Assembly (NCBI RefSeq): GCF_009914755.1 | Contig: NC_060927.1 | From: the human T2T-CHM13v2.0 reference genome, Homo sapiens | Length of the DNA stretch: 64,000 nucleotides | Direction: 5' to 3' (one strand) | In this document: in pieces, positions 49,801-64,000 of the stretch | Layout: each line of letters starts with the position of its first letter | How positions within the stretch are numbered: the first letter of the stretch is position 1 | Notes under the pieces: generated by a model | The model's input: only the letters and a program-made list of their open reading frames with translations | What the model was told of the DNA's origin: nothing | Database searches by the model: none | Translations under genes and position numbers: made by a program

Positions 49801-49930
49801 GTCTGGAAAAGAAGAGCAACTAAATGTGGGATTGTTCTTCCATTGAATTGGAAGCCTTTATATTCTTGTTGGTTTTCTGAATTTTCTAGAATGAGTGTGT
49901 ATTATTACATTTATAATAAGAAAAATAAGA
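46860..49930 (-). mobile_element. Ancient L1M/HAL1-type region containing an MSTB-like LTR
   Basis: T-rich decayed LINE; similar to 1230-2500. Confidence 0.45.
48989..49392 (-). mobile_element. MSTB-like MaLR solo LTR
   Basis: gtattagtccatttgtgttgc...caaactatatca; TSD tcttc/gcttc. Confidence 0.85.
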
Positions 49931-50004
49931 AAAGCAGCTGTTTTCAAAATAGAAAGGCTTTAGAAATTTGTTCTCGTCAGGCATAAAAGAGAAGAATATT
50001 GTCT

Positions 50005-50390
<386 letters not shown>

Positions 50391-50459
50391 TGAATGAGGA
50401 AGAGGCTGGAGAATTTTGCTATCTTCCTTGTGCTTTTTATTTTTCCAAGATGAATTAGA

Positions 50460-50930
50460 AATGTTGTTAATACAGTAAGAATATTAAATATAAAGCCTAC
50501 TATTAAATGCCCTGAAACTTCATGGTTTAAAATGTCAAGCATTTATTGGCTTGCTCTTTGGAGTGACTCAGTGGATGGTTCTCCTGGTCGCATCTAAGTT
50601 CACTCATGTGTCTCCAGTCAAACTAGTGGCCGATGGCTTCTTTCACCTATCTGGGAGTTGGCCGGCTATTGGCTGGGGCAAGAGGGATGATTGGGCCAAG
50701 TGTCTCTCATCACACAACAGGCTAGCTTGGGCTTACTCACGTGATAAAGGTTGTGGGATTCCCAAGAGCAGCAACAGAGGAAACTGCAGGGCTCAGGATT
50801 CACACAACATCACTTTCACTATTTTCTATGGTCAGAGAAAGTCACAAGGCCCGCCCAGATTCAAGGGGAATAAACTTCACATCTTGATGGATGGAGCTGT
50901 GAAGCATTGCAGCAGTTTTGCAATTCACCA
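50460..50930 (-). mobile_element. MLT1-type MaLR LTR ending ~45 bp before the exon acceptor
   Basis: aggctagcttgggcttactcac and aaagtcacaaggcccgcccagattcaagggg motifs. Confidence 0.7.
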
Positions 50931-50974
50931 TTTAATAATTCTAATTTTGTGTTGTCTAATTCTGTTTTCCTCAG

Positions 50975-51111
50975 GCTTCTGAGGGCCCAATCTCTGGAAT
51001 GGTTCTACAATAATGTGAAGAGCCGCTTCAAGCGCTTTGGCAGTGCCAAGGTTCTGAAGAACCTGTACAGGAAGCACCGGCTGGAGAGTGGCGCGTGCTT
51101 CGACATTCTAG
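50975..51111 (+). CDS. MYRIP: MYRIP internal coding exon (probably exon 4), C-terminal part of the Slp-homology/Rab27-binding domain
   Basis: Acceptor ttctgttttcctcag|G at 50974/5 and donor CTAG|gtact at 51111/2; 137 nt, phase 2 in, phase 1 out. Translation LLRAQSLEWFYNNVKSRFKRFGSAKVLKNLYRKHRLESGACFDIL matches recalled MYRIP and contains the SHD2 SLEWFY motif. Confidence 0.96.
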
Positions 51112-52736
51112 GTACTCTCACTTCCTGCCGCTCTGGGAGTCTTTGGTGGGCTGGTGGGTAGAAGGCCTGGCTCAGGGGCCCTGAACACTGGAGCACACTC
51201 ACCTGGGACAGATAAATTTGCTTAAATATCTGGCACCAGTGAGAAGCAGAAATAGAAGGACGGATGCCAGAGATTCTGCTAAGTTGTGACTCTTTTGGTT
51301 CCAGCGTCCCCACTGGGCTAGAGCTTATAAGTTAGAAGCTATGAAGACCAAGTACTTCTACAAATTGTGATTATTTTAATCTCAGATCAAAAATTAGGTA
51401 TTCTTGATCATCATCCCTTAATGATTAAAACGTTGGAAAGTCATTTGCCCTTGGCTACAGAGAGAGTACATCTGTCCCTGGAGGGCATGCCTTCTACCTT
51501 CCTTTCTTCTTACTCCAAACTTCTGTTCTTATGGCCCAGAAGGTGATGTAGTGGGAGAGTTAGAAAAGTGTCAGCTTCCTCCCAGGAAACTTGAAGGATG
51601 AATTTTACCTATGCTGTTTTTATACAGTTAAGATAACCAAGCTACTTGGAATGGGAAATTATATTCTTTAGTCCTATTAGATCAGCCAGTAGAAAAGAAT
51701 GGTAGTCAGAATATGGACAGCATGCCTTCCAAAAAGGCTGTTTCTTTCTATCTGGTGGCAGATTTTTTTTTCATCACTTGGCTAACACAGGTAAATGCTT
51801 TTTATCCATGAGAAACAAGGAAGAAGAAAAAACCTCATTCATCTTATTTGGAGTTTTTTCACCATCATTATTTTACATTGTTGTTTTCTCAATAAAGTCT
51901 TTGGTTGTATCTTATCTAAAAATATGTCAGCCACTTAGACAACGGGGAAAATAGAATGGAGGCACTAAACATGGAGAATCATTAGGGTCTTTTGTTGTCA
52001 TTATTAGAATTTCTGTCTTTCAAACTGCTCAGGAAAGCTATAGCTAAGAGAGCAGTGCCGAAGGTTTCCACATATTATGTTTATCACCATTTCAACAATT
52101 TCTCTAAATACTCTGTAGGAATGGAGGCAAAGAAGAAATAAAGCTTCAAAGTCATACTGTTAGCAGTTTTACAGCCCAGAGAGATATCTCAAGAAGGTTT
52201 ATGAATAGAATCGGCTCACTCATTTGCATCCCATCCTCTTTTCCTCTCTTGTACATCCTCGGGTATGCTGAATATGCCCCTTTAAATGTCACCAAATTCA
52301 GATCTCGTAGGTGTTCTTTACCACTTAATGCACATTGAGGAATAAAGAAAACATGTGGAAAACCCTGTAGAATAGAGCAGAATTTTTATTTCTTTCCCCT
52401 TCTCTCTAAGTCTCCACAAGTGGAGAAAGCAGGCATGAATCCCAAGTGGGCTAGTGCAGGGCTTTGAAATTTACAAGGATCACTTTCAAAGGAGAATTCT
52501 TTGCTAAGAATAAATATCTGCCCTGATTGAAGCAGCTTTAGGTGCTGGGCCCTCTGTGATTCACCACTTTATTCATCTGAGTCTCAGTCACAGCACTTAT
52601 CACATATCACATTGCATTCAGGATTACACAGCTGCCTCTCCTGCCAGACTGTGATATGCAGGTGGTAGCTTGTTTATCTGTGTTCTCAAAGCGTGGCTCA
52701 AGGCCTGGCACATCTTATATCCTCATTATTGTACTA

Positions 52737-53076
<340 letters not shown>

Positions 53077-53384
53077 TCATAGAAATATGGGAATCAGTTG
53101 CTTTAATACTATTTGTATCTCCATTTAAGTCGAGATTTCTTTTGGAGAAACATGAAGACAAGCAGACAGGAGACAATTTATGAGATGGTACTCAAACATA
53201 TAAAGCCATGGTCATAAAACAACGAGATCTATTCTACAAGCTACACAGGAAATTTAGTTAGACTTCAAGTATAGAGAAATCTTCCAGGGCCTAAGTAGCC
53301 TCCTGGTTGTGTGAGAAGACTCAAGAGTCCTTCATTAGCTTTTGCCTGTCACCCAATACCCTTTGTAGGTTTGTCATCTGCCAT

Positions 53385-53561
53385 CCTCAATTCATGACTA
53401 CACATTAGAATCGCCAAGGGCGCTTTGAAAAAAAACCTTCCAATACCCCAAATCATTGTCCACCCCCCATTAATTACTGCTGAATTTTTGGAGGTGGGAT
53501 CCAGTATACATATTTTTAAAAGCTGCCTGTATTATTCCAAGGTACAGCCAAGACTGAGAAC
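53385..53561 (+). mobile_element. MER5B-like fragment
   Basis: cacattagaatcgcc...ttccaaggtacagccaagactgagaa. Confidence 0.6.
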
Positions 53562-53785
53562 AAGGTCCTCAGCTAGAACTCAGAGTAATTAGTTCAGCAG
53601 TGTTCTTCCAGCTCTATCTAATGGTACTTATTTTCAGAATTTTGATTGTCAGAACATGATATGCAAAATCTGCAGTGCACAAGGCATGTGCTATGCTCCA
53701 GGACTCTCAGTGTAAAACTCCTTTCACCTACAGAACGTCTTCACTATGCGGATCACTGTAGTTTGCCATAAAAACACTCAATTCA

Positions 53786-54100
<315 letters not shown>

Positions 54101-54465
54101 TCACACAGTCTCACGTATCACCCATCACATACACACCTCGTACTGCCATCAGTTCCTCAGCAGTGCTCCCAAGCGAACCTTTCTCCTTCTCCTGCAGCTC
54201 ACAGCAGCTGACCAGATTAGGCCTAAAAGAAAACTTGTTTTATCAGACAAATCTAAGATGTATTCATTTATTCAGTAAATATTTACTGAACACCTACTAT
54301 GTGCCCATCTGGCTTAAGAGTTGGGGGTGATGAAATGAGCAAGACCCTGCCATTTCAGAGCCAAAACTCTAGTGGAGAAGTCAGATAAGTAAGTACATTT
54401 ATAAATAAAATAATGTCCAAAGGTAACGAGTGCTCACATGGCTTCTCTAATAGACCCAGCATGAC

Positions 54466-54719
54466 TTTTTTTTAAATTTAATTTTATTTTAAGTTCTGGG
54501 ATACATCTGCAGGACGTGCAGGTTTGTTACATAAGTAAATGTGTGCCATGGTGGTTTTCTGCACCTATCAACCCATCACCTAGGTATAAGCCCCACATGT
54601 ATTAGCTATTTATCCTGATGTTCACCCTCCCCCTGCCTTGACAAGCCCCAGGATGCATTGTTCCCCCTGCTGTGTCCATGTGTTGTCACTGTTCAGCTGC
54701 CATTTATGAGAACAGAGAA
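54466..54719 (-). mobile_element. L1PA7/8-type 3' end
   Basis: aagttctgggatacatctgcaggacgtgcagg; diverged TSD cagcatgactttt / caatatgacattt. Confidence 0.85.
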
Positions 54720-55134
54720 CACAATATGACATTTTTAACAGTTATCCTAAAAGAAGCACTACATGAAAAAGGTAAAAGTTGCCATTATTAATATACTTAA
54801 TCTTCAGACAATTGGATAAATAATATATGCTTTATTTAGTGTTAGATAAATAAATGGGAAAAATAAACCTTGCTTTTATTATCATTCTATATCTAATTTT
54901 GTTTTTATTTTTATTATTTTTTTATTATTATTATACTTTAAGTTTTAGGGTACATGTACACAATGTGCAGGTTAGTTACATATGTATACATGTGCCATGC
55001 TGGTGCGCTGCACCCACTAACTCGTCATCTAGCATTAGGTATATCTCCTAACGCTATCCCTCCACCCTCCCCCCACCCCACAACAGTCCCCAGAGTGTGA
55101 TGTTCCCCTTCCTGTGTCCATGTGTTCTCATTGT

Positions 55135-58961
<3,827 letters not shown>

Positions 58962-60495
58962 TATGATGTTAGCTGGTTATTTTGCTCGTTAGTTGATGCA
59001 GTTTCTTCCTAGTCTCGATGGTCTTTACATTTTGGCATGATTTTGCAATGGCTGGTATCGGTTGTTCCTTTCCATGTTTAGTGCTTCCTTCAGGAGCTCT
59101 TTTAGGGCAGGCCTGGTGGTGACAAAATCTCTCAGCATTTGCTTGTCTGTAAAGTATTTTATTTCTCCTTCACTTATGAAGCTTAGTTTGGCTGGATATG
59201 AAATTCTGGGTTGAAAATTCTTTTCTTTAAGAATGTTGAATATTGGCCCCCACTCTCTTCTGGCTTGTAGAGTTTCTGCAAAGAGATCCGCTGTTAGTCT
59301 GATGGGCTTCCCTTTGAGGGTAACTGGACCTTTCTCTCTGGCTGCCCTTAACATTTTTTCCTTCATTTCAAGTTTGGTGAATCTGACAATTATGTGTCTT
59401 GGAGTTGCTCTTCTCGAGGAGTATCTTTGTGGCATTCTCTGTATTTCCTGAATCTGAATGTTGGCCTGCCTTGCTAGATTGGGGAAGTTCTCCTGGATAA
59501 TATCCTGCAGAGTGTTTTCCAACTTGGTTCCATTCTCCCCGTCACTTTCAGGTACACCAATCAGACGTAGATTTGGTCTTTTCACATAGTCCCATATTTC
59601 TTGGAGGCTTTGCTCATTTCTTTTCATTCTTTTTTCTCTAAACTTCCCTTCTCACTTCATTTCATTCATTTCATCTTCCATCACTGATACCCTTTCTTCC
59701 AGTTGATCGCATCGGCTCCTGAGGCTTCTGCATTCTTCACGTAGTTCTCGAGCCTTGGTTTTCAGCTCCACCAGCTCCTTTAAGCACTTCTCTGTGTTAG
59801 TTATTCTAGTTATACATTCTTCTAAATTTTTTTCAAAGTTTTCAACTTCTTTGCCTTTGGTTTGAATGTCCTCCTGTAGTTCGGAGTAATTTGATCATCT
59901 GAAGCCTTCTTCTCTCAGCTCGTCAAAGTCATTCTCCGTCCAGCTTTGTTCCGTTGCTGGTGAGGAACTGTGTTCCTTTGGAGGAGGAGAGGCGCTCTGC
60001 TTTTTAGAGTTTCCAGTTTTTCTGCTCTGTTTTTCCCCATCTTTGTGGTTTTATCTACTTTTGGTCTTTGATGATGGTGATGTAGAGATGGGTTTTTGGT
60101 GTGGATATCCTTTCTGTTTGTTAGTTTTCCTTCTAACAGACAGGACCCTCAGCTGCAGGTCTGTTGGAGTACCCAGCCGTGTGAGGTGTCAGTCTGCCCC
60201 TACTGGGGGGTGCCTCCCAGTTAGGCTGCTCGGGGATCAGGGGTCAGGGACCCACTTGAGGAGGCAGTCTGCCTGTTCTCAGATCTCCAGCTGCGTGCTG
60301 GGAGAACCACTGCTGTCTTCAAAGCTGTCAGACAGGGACATTTAAGTCTGCAGAGGTTACTGCTGTCTTTTTGTTTGTCTGTGCCCTGCCCCCAGAGGTG
60401 GAGCCTACAGAGGCAGGCAGGCCTCCTTGAGCTGTGGTGGGCTCCACCCAGTTCGAGCTTCCTGGCTGCTTTGTTTACCTAAGTAAGCCTGGGCA

Positions 60496-60720
60496 ATCGC
60501 GGGCGCCCCTCCCCCAGCCTCGCTGCCACCTTGCAGTTTGATCTCAGACTGCTGTGCTAGCAATCAGCGAGACTCCGTGGGCGTAGGACCCTCCGAGCCA
60601 GGTGCGGGATATAATCTCCTAGTGCGCCGTTTTTTAAGCCTGTCGGAAAAGCGCAGTATTCGGGTGGGAGTGACCCGATTTTCCAGGTGCCGTCTTTCCA
60701 GGTGCCACCCCTTTCTTTGA
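60496..60720 (+). pseudogene. L1 ORF0 with start codon mutated ATG>ATC
   Basis: Open frame (I)AGAPPPASLPPCSLISDCCASNQRDSVGVGPSEPG...HPFL stop; donors at ORF0 nt 106 and 191. Confidence 0.85.
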
Positions 60721-61639
60721 CTAGGAAAGGGAACTCCCTGGCCCCTTGCGCTTCCTGAGTGAGGCAATGCCTTGCCCTGCTTCGGTTCGCACACGGTGTG
60801 CACACCCACTGACCTGTGCCCACTGTCTGGCATTCCCTAGTGAGATGAACCTGGTACCTCAGATGGAAATGTAGAAATCACCCGTCTTCTGCGTCGCTCA
60901 CGCTGGGAGCTGTAGACCGGAGCTGTTCCTATTCGACCATCTTGGCTCCTCCCTCCCCTCTATATCTAATTTTGACATGATTCTTGAAAAGGTCTGTTGC
61001 TTCATCTGGGATTTGTTGGACAAATGTGGTCTTTTAAAAATGCTGAGCCACATGAAATTAGAGTTTCTGCCAACTCATGAAAAATAGTGGCTTCATGTCA
61101 TCTAGCTGCTTAGCCCATGCTTTCCAGAACAATTCAGTCCCTTTCTGCCCTTGAAAAAACATCACATCATACTAAATGACACCAATGCTCCCACCTCCAA
61201 ATTTAAAAGGAAACAGAAAGAGAGGTGTTGTACTAGAAGATTTAAAGTCATGCAAAACCAGGGCTTGTCCTCTGGTGAGGTCAGTCTTCCAAAGACTTTT
61301 TCACATCTCCCCTGTCCTTATGTTTCCCACGACCCTCCCCATCCTCTCAGCAGGCAACCTCAAATCTTCCTTCCTATGGCCTACAGGGCATGCCAGGCAG
61401 AGACTTGCCCCGGTGTGCAGCTGCAGAGGGAGCACTGTCTCCCTTCTCTGTTGCCTCCCCCTCCCCTTGGTCTTGCATCTTATCCCTCTCACCTTCCAGA
61501 AAAGTCTCAAGGTCACTTCTTGCTTATTCAATCTCTGTCTTTACTGGGATTTATAAACACACCCAAGTCTCTCCTGTTTTCTAAACCCCTCCTCGACTGC
61601 ATTTTCCTCCACTCATTGTCCTGCCATCCTCTTTCTCAC

Positions 61640-62290
61640 CGCAGGTCAACTTTAAAAAGTGAGCTGCATTCAGGGCTTCCATTGCCTGCCCTTCCTCACT
61701 CTACACTCACCTCCCCCTTCCAAGCTATTCTCTACGCAGTAGCCACAGTGCACTTTTAGAGGCACAGATCTTACCAGGTCATCTCTGTGAAACCTTTAAG
61801 GGCTTCACATGGCTGTTGGGATAAAGATCCAAACACTGATGTGGTCACCATGAACTGCATGGCCTGTGTCCCCAGGTCACCTCACCAGAGCTGCTTTTCC
61901 TCTCTGCAGCCCTGCCACGCTGCCTCTCATTTAGGCCTTCAGATACACCTTTTCTCCCAGGACTGGTCTCTGTGCAAGCTGCTTCCTGTGCCTTGTATGT
62001 TCTCCCACTCCCTACACCTCTTGGCTGATTCTTCACTGCTTAGGTCCGCCTTCCCTGCTGAACACTTTCACTGTGCTGTGAACCATCCCATCAAAGCACT
62101 TAACCTATCTATAATTTTATATATATATATTTATATAAGTATTTGATTAATGAATTTCCCACATGAGAGTCTCATGCTTGTCAGGGTGGGGTGGGGGCAG
62201 GTTTAGCTTTGCTCATCAGTGTACCCCTAATACCTAGGCCAAAGCCAGACACCTACTGGTGCTCATAGACTATTTGCTGGATGAATGAAT
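61640..62290 (+). mobile_element. L2 remnants
   Basis: L2 3' motifs ending in tttgctggatgaatgaat. Confidence 0.6.
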
Positions 62291-62655
62291 AAATTCCAGA
62301 TGCAGCCATGCCAAGCCACACAACTAGTAATTTGCAGGTCCAGGAATTGACCTTACATCTCTCAGACTTTAGTCTTTTGTTCTGTCTTTGACTCCATATT
62401 GCCTGCAAAGAAGGTTTGGGAAGAAGGTTGGGGTTGGCAGCAATGCTGCACCAGGAATCAGTGTGAGAAGAAAAAAGCAATGGGTCAAAACTGTTAGCAT
62501 TATTGTGGGACCTCATGAGTCCCTAAACCTATTTGCAAGGCTAACAACCCAAGTGTGTAATAGTGGTCTGCCAGTTCAGTGACACAGTGCATCAGGGTTC
62601 ACTGAAGACCTTCGATAATCATATTCATTCTCTTCTCCCACCCCTACCCTGCCAG

Positions 62656-62736
62656 GAGGAAGCCTTTTTGAGTCAAACCTGGAGAATGAAGGAAGCATTT
62701 CTGGCAGTGATTCAACATTTTATAGGCAGTCAGAAG
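62656..62736 (+). CDS. MYRIP: MYRIP internal coding exon (probably exon 5)
   Basis: Pyrimidine tract plus ccag|GA at 62655/6; donor GAAG|gtaaag at 62736/7; 81 nt, phase 1/1. Joins the previous exon in frame: DIL-G-GSLFESNLENEGSISGSDSTFYRQSE-G. Confidence 0.95.
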
Positions 62737-63285
62737 GTAAAGTTGCTTAAGAGTTTACAGCTACTGGGAAGTTGGAGTAATAGAAACACCTACAGGTACA
62801 GGTACTGCCAGGGTCCCCCAGATGCATTGTTACCCCAGATGCAACTATCTACTACTGTGTGTGAGTCTCCCTGGGTCACTTATTATTGCCAATTGTATGA
62901 ATCCATCATCAAAATAGGTGAGTATATCCAAAATGTGGCCAAGAGAACAGCATTCGTTACCCAACCATGGATACTTTACAGTCAACTAGTAAATATTCTT
63001 CTGGAGTTGGAACATATCAATCAATCCACTCACTTGTGCATCTCATATTAAAATATTCCTTTAAAGAATGTGTCATTTACTGATTAACTTTTACTTTTTT
63101 ATACCAATATAATTGTCCCCTTAGAGCAGTGGTTAAAAGCAAAACAAACTTCTAATTTCAAATAAAATTTTATCATTTCAATTCTTTGTCTAAAGTACTG
63201 GACATTGATAATCAGTGCCCCCTCAATTGCCTTCCTCCTGTGACCTCCACAGCTTATCTGTACTCTCTATTCTCTCTTTGGGGGC

Positions 63286-63796
63286 TGTGATAGTTAATTT
63301 TATGTGTCAACTTGACTTGGGCTAAGGGATGCCCAGATAGCTGGTAAAACCTTATTTCTGGGTTTGTCTGTGAAGGCATTTCTGGAAGAGAACAGCATTT
63401 GAATCATAGACTGAGAAAAGAAGATCCGCCCTCATCAGTATGAGTAGGTGTCATCCAATCCATTGAAAGCCCAGATAGAACAAAAAGGCAGAGGAAGGGT
63501 GAATTCACTCTCCCTCTTCTGGAGCTGGGACATCCATCTTCACCTGCCCTCAGACATCAGAGCTTCTGATTCTTGGGCCTTCAGACTCAGGACTTAAACC
63601 AGCAGCTCCCCTATTCCACAGCCCTTCACATTTGGACTGAATTATACCACTGCTCTTATGGGTCTCCAGCTTGCACACAGTATATCATGGAACTTCTCGG
63701 CCTCCTTAATCACATGAGCCAGTTCCCATAATAGATCTCCTATTTTATATCTATATATATCCTATTGGTTCTGTTTCTCTGAAGAACCCTAATACA
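63286..63796 (+). mobile_element. MLT2B/C/D-type ERVL solo LTR
   Basis: tgtgatagttaattttatgtgtcaacttgac...tcctattggttctgtttctctgaagaaccctaataca. Confidence 0.88.
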
Positions 63797-64000
63797 GATG
63801 ACTTCTCATGAAAATTGTGTCCTGTATTATCCTTACTACCTGCAGCTTCTCCATAGGTTACCACACACCATTGTATGACCTCAAGTGCACCTCCATTTGC
63901 TGCTGAGCCGGAAATGCCCAGCCTTGATCTCATCCCAGAGTTCTACACTCAGATTTCTAATGCTTGGCCATTAGCACCTGAAGATCTTATAGGGTTCTTA

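Noticed and set aside
61151-61759. 202-aa ORF
   Set aside because: Low-complexity pyrimidine-rich translation running into L2 remnants; no recognisable domain.
62563-63051. 162-aa ORF overlapping the exon
   Set aside because: Wrong frame across the real MYRIP exon plus intron.

Overview
Primate (most likely human) autosomal DNA inside the MYRIP (Slac2-c/exophilin-8) gene on the + strand. Two coding exons are recognisable. Exon 50975-51111 encodes (R)LLRAQSLEWFYNNVKSRFKRFGSAKVLKNLYRKHRLESGACFDIL(G), the end of the Rab27-binding SHD. Exon 62656-62736 encodes (G)GSLFESNLENEGSISGSDSTFYRQSE(G). The rest is intron dominated by transposons: a full-length but mutated L1PA2/3 (-), a 3'-truncated L1PA4-like copy (+), short L1 3' ends, about 12 Alus, MaLR/ERVL solo LTRs, DNA transposons, L2 and MIR. 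Almost all ORF-track entries are repeat-derived or spurious. Best signals: (1) the two inverted L1s bracketing the first exon belong to different subfamilies yet share at least six non-consensus substitutions in short patches, suggesting ectopic gene conversion; (2) the full-length L1's antisense ORF0 splice donor 1 is in phase with the next MYRIP exon, though the ORF0 ATG is mutated to ATC; (3) two L1 insertions appear to carry ~15-nt 3' transductions; (4) several atypical insertion junctions. Subfamily names and consensus comparisons are from memory and need RepeatMasker/Dfam confirmation. I see no new protein-coding system.
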